From positions 62,001 to 126,000 of IMG/VR virus record IMGVR_UViG_3300026521_000003: 64,000 bases of DNA; one strand, 5' to 3'. This document shows, piece by piece, positions 48,328-57,410 of the stretch. A program made the position numbers and the translations under genes. A model generated the notes under the pieces. The model was given only the letters and a program-made list of their open reading frames with translations. It ran no database searches and had not been told where the DNA came from. Position 1 is the stretch's first letter, and each line of letters begins with the position of its first letter.

Positions 48328-49359
48328 TTATTTTAGTATTTTACTACTAGCCTTCATATGTTTACCTTTGTTTCTCATATGTTTAAGAATACCAGGTATT
48401 AAAACAAATTGTAAATATTCATCTGAATATGCTTTACCAGTAGCTTGTTTATGAGCTTTTGCAGCTTTCTTAACATGCTTTCTTAATTTACCATTTAATT
48501 TATCCATAGATAAATCTTTGATATCTTCACCACCATGTAGTTTTGGATTTTTCAAATAGTATTTTTTTGCTTCTTTAGCTTTTTTCTGTGCACATTGAAT
48601 ATCACCCGGTTTACATCTAGTAAGTTTTTTCTCAATTAAAACAGTTGCTTCTTTTGCTTTTCTTAATAATTCAGCACCCGCTTCGTCTTCTGCTTCTGCT
48701 AATATTTCATCATTAACTTGTGCCATTTCTTCTAATAAATCTTCAGTATCTTCATAATCATCTAAAAATTCCATTAATGATTCACCTTCATAATCTTCAG
48801 AATCAAAGTCAATCACACCTTCATTTATAGCTTCTTCTAATTTATTAGAAATTTCTTCTACCGTTTCTACTAAATCCATAGTTTCAACAGAATCATCAAT
48901 ATCTAAATCTTTTGCAGCTTCAACAATATCAAATACCATTTCAGCTGGTAATTTTTCAACTGTTTCTTCACCTAACATCTCTGTTAATTTATTTGTTACA
49001 ATCGATAAAAGAGTTACTGATGCCGTTTCATCTTCTTCTAAAAATTCTATATCAATATTTTCAATATTTTCTAATGCTTCTTCAATTATTAATTCTGGTT
49101 TAGATGCATTTTTTCTAGCAGATTCTAAAATAATATTTAAAATTTTTGAACCATCAACTGTTTCAGATATAATTTTAGCATTTTCATCTGTTTGCGTTTC
49201 TACAAATTCAACTAAGTAATCTAAATGATGTACTATATCAAATTCTATTTCGCTCCCCTCTTCTAAAATTGTTTCAATAAGATCCAATTTAGATTCAGAT
49301 AATGTTCCTAACTTTGACTCAATGTCTTCAACGATTTCAACGATCTCAACAAACTTCAT
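48328..49359 (-). CDS. Putative prohead core / internal head protein: acidic (I/L/V)xE-rich N-terminus and basic C-terminus (343 aa)
   Basis: Dense LxE/IxE motifs over the first 240 aa, then a Lys-rich tail; late promoter TATAAATA at 49400-49393. Confidence 0.55.
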   Translation of the reverse strand: MKFVEIVEIVEDIESKLGTLSESKLDLIETILEEGSEIEFDIVHHLDYLVEFVETQTDENAKIISETVDGSKILNIILESARKNASKPELIIEEALENIENIDIEFLEEDETASVTLLSIVTNKLTEMLGEETVEKLPAEMVFDIVEAAKDLDIDDSVETMDLVETVEEISNKLEEAINEGVIDFDSEDYEGESLMEFLDDYEDTEDLLEEMAQVNDEILAEAEDEAGAELLRKAKEATVLIEKKLTRCKPGDIQCAQKKAKEAKKYYLKNPKLHGGEDIKDLSMDKLNGKLRKHVKKAAKAHKQATGKAYSDEYLQFVLIPGILKHMRNKGKHMKASSKILK

Positions 49360-49509
49360 ATTTCTTTCTCCTATTTTCGGTTAATCTATTTTTATTTATA
49401 CACTACTAACCATATTTTTTATTTATTTATTACTTTTTTTTAAAAATCGTAGTTTTTTACTAATAAATAAAATAAATCTATAAAATATAGAGAAATAAGG
49501 AGATCTTTT

Positions 49510-50292
49510 ATGAGTGCGATTAATCCACTATTGCAAAGTCAAGAACCAACGTATTATGATACGGAATTACCATCACATGGTATCCCATATGAAAATATCG
49601 ATAATATTTTTGAACCAGGAACTATCCATGATGGTATTGTTCAAGTTAGACCATTAACTACCAAAGACGAACTTATTTGGACGGATCAAAAATTAGTTGA
49701 GGATTTAAAAGCCCCAATAATTATTTTAAAGAATACAGTTTTGGGTTTAAAGAATCCAGAGTTATTAATTCGAGCTGATGTTGAAGCATTATTACTCCAA
49801 GCAAGAGTTTTAACATATGGTAAAATGACAAAAGTTAGTTGGACCTGTTCAGAGTGTTCAAATACTAATGAAATTACGGTAGACTATACAAAATTACCTA
49901 TTAAAAAATTAAATTCGTTCGATGAGCTTATGTTAAAATTTAAAAATTATGAAATATTTATGATTCCTATTATATTTAAAGAAGCAGTTGAAATACAAAA
50001 AGTTAATGATAATGATATTTCCGAGCAATTAGATAAAATCGTTAGTTGTATTCAACGAGTAAATGTGATCGATCAATCAGGTGAAAAACAAACCGTTCAA
50101 GATAAACAATTTATAGCTCAATGGGTAGAACAAGTTAATCCTAAAGATTTTAAATTTATTATAGACCATTTTACTGAAGTTAATAAAATTGGTACTGTAT
50201 TAGATTTAGATGTTAAATGTGCACATTGTGCATATAAAGAGAAAACTGATGTAGTGGTGGATATAACCAATTTTTTCTCCGAAGAGGATTGA
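49510..50292 (+). CDS. Baseplate hub assembly / tail assembly chaperone, gp26-like
   Basis: YDTELPSHG, VRPLTTKDE, D.EALLLQARVLTYG, and two CxxC pairs (CSEC, CAHC). Confidence 0.8.
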   Translation: MSAINPLLQSQEPTYYDTELPSHGIPYENIDNIFEPGTIHDGIVQVRPLTTKDELIWTDQKLVEDLKAPIIILKNTVLGLKNPELLIRADVEALLLQARVLTYGKMTKVSWTCSECSNTNEITVDYTKLPIKKLNSFDELMLKFKNYEIFMIPIIFKEAVEIQKVNDNDISEQLDKIVSCIQRVNVIDQSGEKQTVQDKQFIAQWVEQVNPKDFKFIIDHFTEVNKIGTVLDLDVKCAHCAYKEKTDVVVDITNFFSEED

Positions 50293-50327
50293 AAAATTTC
50301 ACAGAACGTGATGTTATACCAATCCTC
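50256..50327 (+). promoter_or_regulatory. Candidate -1 programmed ribosomal frameshift signal
   Basis: GGTGG at 50256-50260; slippery T_TTT_TTC at 50271-50277 in the reading frame; 8-bp stem GAGGATTG (50284-50291) / CAATCCTC (50320-50327) starting 6 nt downstream. Confidence 0.65.
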
Positions 50328-50507
50328 AAATCTTTAAAAACTCAACAAGATAATATTTTATTTGAAATTTGGGCTCTAAATTATCATATGAGTACTCAAC
50401 GTAGTGAAACTATGTTGATGACACCCGATGAACGAAAATTTTGGATTGAAGAGTTAATTAAACAACGTGAAAAAGAAAATGAAGAAATTAAAAAATCTTC
50501 TAAATAG
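50289..50507 (+). CDS. gp51-like / chaperone-extension ORF, probably expressed as a -1 frameshift fusion
   Basis: EIWALNYHM....E.M.MTPDERKFWIEELIKQ.EKE pattern. Only a TTG start with no properly spaced RBS; it is the -1 frame of the upstream ORF. Confidence 0.7.
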   Translation: MKNFTERDVIPILKSLKTQQDNILFEIWALNYHMSTQRSETMLMTPDERKFWIEELIKQREKENEEIKKSSK

Positions 50508-50509
50508 TA

Positions 50510-50535
50510 CAACCAAAGAAATTAATCTTTGGTTG
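50510..50535. terminator. Terminator hairpin between convergent genes
   Basis: CAACCAAAGA/TCTTTGGTTG 10-bp stem between stops at 50507 and 50550. Confidence 0.7.
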
Positions 50536-50549
50536 GTTTATTAATCAAT

Positions 50550-53117
50550 TTAGCTAACTGATATAGGAATTATTAGGTGTTCCATATAAGGACTTGGTTT
50601 AATTGCAACTAAAGCATTAAGTTTAGATTGTGCTAATACAATCGGAGGATTATATTCTTCTGTTACACTTGCTTCTGCTTCTGCTAAACAACTATTAACA
50701 ACATATGTATTTAAATATGATTGGAAATCACTTTGAATTCTATCCCATAATGCAGGAATACTTAAATCAAATAAGTAATTTTTACCAGCCATTGTTAAAT
50801 CTCTTACAATTTGCTCAATCATAAGCATTGTTCCTACTTTTTGCATAGGTGATGTTTTACTATAAGTTGTTTTTTGACCCATAATATGAATACCTGTTGT
50901 TAATCCTTTAGTTATCGGATTTATACCCATTCCATAAAGTCTATCTCTCATTACTTGTGATAATTTAATATCTTTAGAAACAGCTACAGCATCATAGATA
51001 ACACCTCTTACTGTTCCTGCAGGGGCATCACAAATTTTACCATTTTTCTGCGTTAATGCCATTGATTGTAATGCAGAACCACTTGGTGGTACAGCTACAA
51101 CTTTTTTAGTCATAGTATCTAATTTCATAACCCATGGGTAATAAATAGACTCAAATTTAGAATTGTGATTACCACTAGTTCTCCAATTAATAACTGCTTG
51201 TGCTGTTAAATTTGGAGTATCAATAATACAATGAAAATCTCTTCTATTTTCAGCTAATGAAACCATTTCACCACTAACAGCACCATATTGTGAAAAATAA
51301 GGACATGCTAATGCTTTATAAGCAAATTCTTCAAAGTTTTGAACAGCCCATACCCCTGTTTGATGTGCAACAGATCCAGCAATATATGGTATCAATTTTT
51401 CATCATTTTTATAATCATCTTCTGTAAACATATCAGCTCCACCCATAAGTGGCATAGGAAGTTCAGCTCCAGTATCAGGATCAATATCATTAACTGGGTA
51501 TGTTAAGCTATTTGTTGGATCAACTGGAGTAGCAATACTAATAAGTACATTTTTAAATGTTAGTTGATCAGCTTTATATGATGCTGAAACACCATTTTCA
51601 ATTTCAACTATATCTGAACCACGCTCTTCATAGATATGAATATTAACTTCATCAATAGAAACATCATAATCAACAGAAACTTGATAATTATTACCCCATT
51701 CACCTGGTGAAATAGCATCAACTCTAAATGCTTGGTTAGCTGGATCTTTCTTAATATTATTCATTTTTTCAATAATTTCAGCAAGTTTTTCAGCTGCATT
51801 AGCAAATTGTACAGTAACATTATAATTTCTACCAGTACCTTCTATTGCAGGTAATGTAGCAGGACCATCGGAAACTCGTGGACAATCTTTCTTAAATAAT
51901 TCACCTAATAAGAAAACATCTTCATCTGAATTTAAGAAATAATTGTGTGTTTCAACATCTCCACCTAAAGGCATAACATAATTTCTAATTTCACCAGCTG
52001 TAAAATCTCTTTCTACACCATCAACATCTCTTAATGTGATGATTGTTGAATCACCAAGCGCCATATTGATTATTACAGGATATGCTGTTGCGTATGCTAC
52101 AGATCCATTAGAACAATCTACATTATTATAAGTACCCCAATCTATTAATTTATCTGAATATACTACTTGCTTCATAGTATCTAATGTTAATCCTGAAAGT
52201 ACCAAAATACCATTATCACGCACATATTTTTGTATATTTAGTGGTAATTGAACATATTCATTTTTTGCCATTGTATAGTTATCTGATTCTTCTCTAAATT
52301 CTGCTCTAGCTGCATCATATTTTTTGAAACCAGCTAAATTAAATATTGGAGCCCAAGCTGATTCTATAGCATTTGATCCACCAGCAAAATTTACTGTAGC
52401 TTTTAATTTTTCAATTAAAATAGTTGATGTAAATGGTTCTCTCTCAAATATAAACATAAAGTCTTCAGTTTCATTTCCATTTACTAGTTCATTAAATTGT
52501 TTAACACATTCATCAGATACTGGATCATATAAATATTCACCAAAATGATTAACTTGGTCTGCATCATCAATAGCAGTATATACTCTTTGTGTTGCAAAAT
52601 CTACATTAAATCTATTTTTTCCTGGAACAGGAATAAATTCTGGGTATGGACTTGTTTCAGTTTCAGCCCATTCTTCAGGAGTTAATGGATTCTTCATTTC
52701 TATAAGAACCTGCATTGTAACTACACCATCAAAATTTATAGGATTTATATCTTGAAAAACAGCTCTTAATGAATTCCCAAACTCACCACTTGTTTTATAT
52801 CTAATTGTTAATAATGGCTTAGCATCTCTAGCCTTAATTGTTGTTTCAGCAAAACCTGGAGTATCAGCTCCTGCTCTAATTATCCATGCACTAGAACCTT
52901 GTTTAAAAAATTCATAAGCTGCAAACATTCCATATTGTTTTTTTGAAAGATCTGCTTCTCCAAAAATTTGTAAAGCCTCTTGAGCTGAACCACATAGATA
53001 CGGTTGATTAACCGGACCTTTACTTGCAAATGTTACGATTGTTGGAATAAATGATGAATCTCCACCAGGATATGATGGGGAATTATCAATTAATTTTGTT
53101 TCTACACCTACTAACAT
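50550..53117 (-). CDS. gp18: Tail sheath protein, gp18-like (855 aa)
   Basis: KGPVNQPYL, AISPGEWGN, ENRRDFHCIIDTP, YYPWVMKLD, VAVPPSG, APAGTVRG, LY..GINPI, GQKT and IKPSPYMEHLII. Confidence 0.95.
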   Translation of the reverse strand: MLVGVETKLIDNSPSYPGGDSSFIPTIVTFASKGPVNQPYLCGSAQEALQIFGEADLSKKQYGMFAAYEFFKQGSSAWIIRAGADTPGFAETTIKARDAKPLLTIRYKTSGEFGNSLRAVFQDINPINFDGVVTMQVLIEMKNPLTPEEWAETETSPYPEFIPVPGKNRFNVDFATQRVYTAIDDADQVNHFGEYLYDPVSDECVKQFNELVNGNETEDFMFIFEREPFTSTILIEKLKATVNFAGGSNAIESAWAPIFNLAGFKKYDAARAEFREESDNYTMAKNEYVQLPLNIQKYVRDNGILVLSGLTLDTMKQVVYSDKLIDWGTYNNVDCSNGSVAYATAYPVIINMALGDSTIITLRDVDGVERDFTAGEIRNYVMPLGGDVETHNYFLNSDEDVFLLGELFKKDCPRVSDGPATLPAIEGTGRNYNVTVQFANAAEKLAEIIEKMNNIKKDPANQAFRVDAISPGEWGNNYQVSVDYDVSIDEVNIHIYEERGSDIVEIENGVSASYKADQLTFKNVLISIATPVDPTNSLTYPVNDIDPDTGAELPMPLMGGADMFTEDDYKNDEKLIPYIAGSVAHQTGVWAVQNFEEFAYKALACPYFSQYGAVSGEMVSLAENRRDFHCIIDTPNLTAQAVINWRTSGNHNSKFESIYYPWVMKLDTMTKKVVAVPPSGSALQSMALTQKNGKICDAPAGTVRGVIYDAVAVSKDIKLSQVMRDRLYGMGINPITKGLTTGIHIMGQKTTYSKTSPMQKVGTMLMIEQIVRDLTMAGKNYLFDLSIPALWDRIQSDFQSYLNTYVVNSCLAEAEASVTEEYNPPIVLAQSKLNALVAIKPSPYMEHLIIPISVS

Positions 53118-53167
53118 ATATTTCTCCTTATTTTAAAGATTAAAATCTTTTTATTTTATTTCAATTT

Positions 53168-53175
53168 TATTTATA
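53168..53175 (-). promoter_or_regulatory. T4-type late promoter of the sheath gene
   Basis: TATAAATA about 50 bp upstream of the ATG. Confidence 0.6.
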
Positions 53176-53253
53176 TAATGTGAGGAAAAATATACCGATT
53201 TATAAATTTATTTTTTTGAGAAAAAGTTTTATGTTATAAATAGTGAGTTTGGA

Positions 53254-53291
53254 TAAAAAATCTAGATTAATTATTAAAAAATCTAGATTTT
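53254..53291. repeat. 15-bp direct repeat TAAAAAATCTAGATT x2 (21-bp period), which also forms a 12-bp hairpin; probable terminator or operator
   Basis: Copies at 53254-53268 and 53275-53289, each containing the palindrome AATCTAGATT, just after the stop at 53304. Confidence 0.5.
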
Positions 53292-53303
53292 AATTTATTT
53301 ATT

Positions 53304-54626
53304 TTATGTTATTATTAAGTCTGTTGTTTGGTCTATATCAAAACCTTCAATAGTACTAATCATATATCTTATTTTTGTAGATTCTGAGGTTTCAATCAAT
53401 ATAGTATTTTCATCAATCACTTCAATAGGTAACGTATCAAAAAACCATGAATCGTTATCTTCTCGTTGAATTCTAACATCAACATATACAGTTCCTAAAT
53501 TATGCGAAATTTGAAATGATGTTCCTGCTGTGGTTGTTTCACCAACTCTTACATTATTAACCCTATTAAAAGAATCATGATCAATTTTCTGAACAATATT
53601 ATCAACAACATTATCTAATTTTCCTGCATCTAGTTTATACGAATATTTCAATGCTTCTGTTTCTGTAACACCATCATTAATAGATATTATATAATTTATA
53701 CCCTCATAACCATCATAACCTATCCAAGATGCACCAGACTTATCTAATATTTTTCTACCTAAAGTATATGAATCTATTATTTGATGTAATTCATATGATG
53801 GTGTAGCCGATTCATAATTCCATATCGAAATATTAGCTGTTGCTTCTTTTAATGTTTCGTTGGTTGATGTATCGGTTGATTCTACCCATTTAATCAAATC
53901 AACAACACCTTCAGATCCACGATTAACAGCTATACCGGCATTCATATCAACGTCGACACCATCAACTATTGTCGATGCTAATCGTGGATCTTCTGTTGTT
54001 AAATTACTATTTAAAATAATTATATTATCAGCTATGGTCATATTTTCAGCAGCAATATCTACTTTTGTAGTTTGTCCACCCACAGTCAAGTCACCAGATA
54101 TAATCATATTACCATCAACTGACACATCACTAATAATACTAGTAGTAGCATAAGATAGGGTTAATTCATTATTTGTATGATCGGCAATAATTTTATCAAT
54201 GATACCATCATTTATTGTAAATGAATCCGTTGCAAGTATTGTTATAGTAGCAGTATTAAATTGAACATCCATACCATTATATTCAAACGACTCATTCAAT
54301 TTATCAATATTTAATAATTTTGATAAATCACTTTTTATAATCGATATACTATTTTTAAATTCTATCTTAGATATAATATTTTGAATCCTAGTATCAGTCT
54401 TTGATAAGAATTCATCAATATATATTTCACCATTATTAATATTTACAAATTTAAATACTTCATTATCTGTGTTATACCATATTCTACCAGTTTCTGGTAT
54501 AATAGGGGTAGTATTAGATGAGTCATTTATGGCTAACTCACCATTATTATCAAGTTTTTCAATAACTGCATTAGATAAAAATGAATTACTTGCTATTATT
54601 GGGTTGTGTAATTTGCTATGAATCAT
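53304..54626 (-). CDS. Fibre-like virion protein, paralogue of 2566-4836 (about 440 aa)
   Basis: Shared KLHNP..N, GRIWYN, GDLTV..DNIIILN..NAGI.V.RG, GYDGY and HNLGT..VDV modules; late promoter at 54655-54648. Confidence 0.72.
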   Translation of the reverse strand: MIHSKLHNPIIASNSFLSNAVIEKLDNNGELAINDSSNTTPIIPETGRIWYNTDNEVFKFVNINNGEIYIDEFLSKTDTRIQNIISKIEFKNSISIIKSDLSKLLNIDKLNESFEYNGMDVQFNTATITILATDSFTINDGIIDKIIADHTNNELTLSYATTSIISDVSVDGNMIISGDLTVGGQTTKVDIAAENMTIADNIIILNSNLTTEDPRLASTIVDGVDVDMNAGIAVNRGSEGVVDLIKWVESTDTSTNETLKEATANISIWNYESATPSYELHQIIDSYTLGRKILDKSGASWIGYDGYEGINYIISINDGVTETEALKYSYKLDAGKLDNVVDNIVQKIDHDSFNRVNNVRVGETTTAGTSFQISHNLGTVYVDVRIQREDNDSWFFDTLPIEVIDENTILIETSESTKIRYMISTIEGFDIDQTTDLIIT

Positions 54627-54667
54627 CAATCTAACCTCTTTTTCATTTATTTATATCTTTGAATCTA

Positions 54668-55063
54668 TTATTCAAAATAAATAAATATATAACCAGATAC
54701 AGGATCAATGAATTCCACTATTATTTCATTTTCATCTATTATAGATACCGAACTATTAATCATACTATTTAAATTACTATCAAAAATATTATAGTTGAAA
54801 AAGATAGTATCTTTATTGTGACGTATATTTATAGTATATACCTCTTCAAATGCAAATTTAAAACTATGTTGAGAAATACTTTCATCAATATATTCATTAA
54901 GACCATCTTGTAATGTTATATCGGTTAGAAAAATTTGGATTTCATTATCTCTCCAAGATTTAAATACTTTTTCAGTAGTATTATACCATACAAAACCATT
55001 TTCTTGAACTACTGGATCAAATTCTAACTGTTCTACTTTATTAATATTAAATGGGAATTTCAT
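54668..55063 (-). CDS. Minimal member of the same fibre family (131 aa)
   Basis: GFVWYNTTEKVFK head joined almost directly to the IRHNKDT..IIDENEIIVEF terminal module. Confidence 0.62.
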   Translation of the reverse strand: MKFPFNINKVEQLEFDPVVQENGFVWYNTTEKVFKSWRDNEIQIFLTDITLQDGLNEYIDESISQHSFKFAFEEVYTINIRHNKDTIFFNYNIFDSNLNSMINSSVSIIDENEIIVEFIDPVSGYIFIYFE

Positions 55064-55072
55064 CTTTACTCC

Positions 55073-56035
55073 TTAAATTATACGAACATTTATAATAGCT
55101 TTATATCGTTTATCTGCTAAAAAATTAAATTGAATATATAAATTATTTTCTTCAACAGATATAGGATTTATTAAATTATTAGTATCAATATCTATAATTT
55201 CAATAGAGGAAATTGTTTTAAAATTTTTAGGGATACGTAAATATGGTTTGGGTTTATCAATATTAATATACCAAGTAGAATAATAATCACCAATAGAACC
55301 ACCGTGCTTCCATATCGTTAATAAATCATTATTTTTAACTCTATATACTAATCCATCGATTGTTAAAATATTATTAATTATTGAAAATTCATTATTTTTT
55401 AATAATATACCATTTAAATCCACAGATAAACTATTGATATTTGTACCTTCAAGAATACTTTCAATATCAAATTGTGTTTGACCAGATGTTGTATAAATTT
55501 CATTTTTTTTATTTATTTTAGGGTTACTTATTCTATCTTTCGGATGAAATACAAATATATATAAATCAATTATATTTGATTCTTTTAAAATTATTTTTTT
55601 TGAATCAAAAGGATCTATAATAAATTTAACTTCATTCATATCTTGATCATATATCATAATATTATCAATAGTAAAATTAAAAATTGATTCATCTAAGGTA
55701 AATTCTAATTCATCTAAATTGAATTTGATAAAAACTTGTACATCAAAAGTTTTATCAAATTCTGTTTGTACCCAATTATCACCTAGCCATCGATATATCA
55801 TATGATCATTTTGATTAAACCATGTTTGTCCAATTATGGGATTTATTGGTTGATACATACCATAAAAATTTTGAACTACTCTAATATAATTTTCGTTTAA
55901 TTCATCAGCTATATCAATTAAGTTACGACCAAATAAATGTAATGAAAATTTATCATGGTCGATTGTATTAGGGTTTATCCAAGTTATATCTTCCCCATTT
56001 ATATCCGAAATTAATTGTGTGTTATTATCACCCAT
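55073..56035 (-). CDS. Virion structural protein, paralogue of the N-terminus of 12676-16671 (320 aa)
   Basis: LFGRN...LNENYIRVVQNFY...P.NPIIGQTWFN domain and one VDLNG repeat. Confidence 0.65.
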   Translation of the reverse strand: MGDNNTQLISDINGEDITWINPNTIDHDKFSLHLFGRNLIDIADELNENYIRVVQNFYGMYQPINPIIGQTWFNQNDHMIYRWLGDNWVQTEFDKTFDVQVFIKFNLDELEFTLDESIFNFTIDNIMIYDQDMNEVKFIIDPFDSKKIILKESNIIDLYIFVFHPKDRISNPKINKKNEIYTTSGQTQFDIESILEGTNINSLSVDLNGILLKNNEFSIINNILTIDGLVYRVKNNDLLTIWKHGGSIGDYYSTWYINIDKPKPYLRIPKNFKTISSIEIIDIDTNNLINPISVEENNLYIQFNFLADKRYKAIINVRII

Positions 56036-56052
56036 ATATTACCTCTACATTT

Positions 56053-57360
56053 TTACAAATATGAATATTCAATCTCAGAAATTATTTCATTTGTTTCAAT
56101 AATTTTGAACTGTCCACCCATATCTTTAAATTTATTTATCTTATTTATAGTTGATTCAATTGTTTCACTAATATTAGATTTATTAATAGGTGAATATAAT
56201 AAATATTGATTCGAGATAGAAACAATAGGCTGACCTTCAAAATTTTCCATAACTAAGACTTTATGTTTATTTGATTTTGGAATATCCAATGTCGATATAA
56301 TTTCTTTAAATAGATTATCAACAACAATCATATTCTCAATTTCTAAATTTTCAGATTTAAGATTACGTATAATTGTTTCTAAATATTTTTCTTCATTCTT
56401 AATTTCAGTTCCAAAAATTTTTGCTTGTTCTAATCTCTTTTTTGCTAAAGAGCGATATTTCATTTCAATAGGGGATAATTCAATTGCAGGTAGTTCTTCA
56501 TTAGAAATAATTTTTGTATCTAAATCATACGGTATATTATCGGTATAATCAACAAGTATTGATTTTTGTGATTCAAGTTTAAATTTAACAGCAACAACTT
56601 CAAGTTTTTTATCTATTCGTTCTTTAATAACCTCATAAGTTACTTTAATATCCGATTTATCATTAACTTCTTGTACGGCTTTTTTCAATATATCTCTGTT
56701 AAAATTAGCCCATTTTTGTAAAGATGGTTTATTAACAATATCAACATTTAAAATAGCTTTTAATATATTTATCTCTATACGTTTTTCATAAGACCCAACA
56801 TAATCTTTTAAAAGTTCATATAATAGTTTTGAATATTTCGATTTTAATCCCACTTGAATCTGTAATGAAAATTTAGTATAATAATTTTTTATATTTAAAA
56901 ACATTATTAATAATTCTGGTTCTATCCAGACTTTAACTCTTTTACTTGTAGTTTGTTTATCCTTTGACCAAGCTATTTTTCTTAGAAAATGAAATAATAT
57001 CGATTCTTGAGTTTTATTTTTATGTAATACATTTGTTAAAACTTGTATTTTGGATATTTCATGTAAATTTTTTATTATTTCATTATAATACCCATTTTTA
57101 TATTTACCCAGTACATCCGAAATCGACTGCAAATTAATTTCAAAATGATTTAGTGACGCCCATTCATAAATCTCTTCTTCTGTTAATTCTTGCTGCAACA
57201 TAATATCAGAAATAAAGAAAAACATAGTCCCAATTAAATCAACTTGAATTGGTGTTAAAACAGCAAATTCTTCTTTTATAAAATCTTTGTAATATAAAAC
57301 TTGACATAATTCTGATGGTTTTCTTAATTCTAAATTTTTTGTTACTTCTTTTTTACTCAT
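56053..57360 (-). CDS. repB: Plasmid-type replication initiator protein (Rep_3 / RepB family, tandem winged helix)
   Basis: LKSKYSKLLYELLKDY...I.INILKAILN...WANFNRDILKKAVQEVNDKSDIKVTYE is the Rep_3 WH2 signature. Start moved to ATG 57360, 8 nt behind AAGG. Confidence 0.85.
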   Translation of the reverse strand: MSKKEVTKNLELRKPSELCQVLYYKDFIKEEFAVLTPIQVDLIGTMFFFISDIMLQQELTEEEIYEWASLNHFEINLQSISDVLGKYKNGYYNEIIKNLHEISKIQVLTNVLHKNKTQESILFHFLRKIAWSKDKQTTSKRVKVWIEPELLIMFLNIKNYYTKFSLQIQVGLKSKYSKLLYELLKDYVGSYEKRIEINILKAILNVDIVNKPSLQKWANFNRDILKKAVQEVNDKSDIKVTYEVIKERIDKKLEVVAVKFKLESQKSILVDYTDNIPYDLDTKIISNEELPAIELSPIEMKYRSLAKKRLEQAKIFGTEIKNEEKYLETIIRNLKSENLEIENMIVVDNLFKEIISTLDIPKSNKHKVLVMENFEGQPIVSISNQYLLYSPINKSNISETIESTINKINKFKDMGGQFKIIETNEIISEIEYSYL

Positions 57361-57410
57361 ATGTTCAACCTTATTTTTTTTGTATTTATTAGATTTTACA
57401 ATCACAATTA

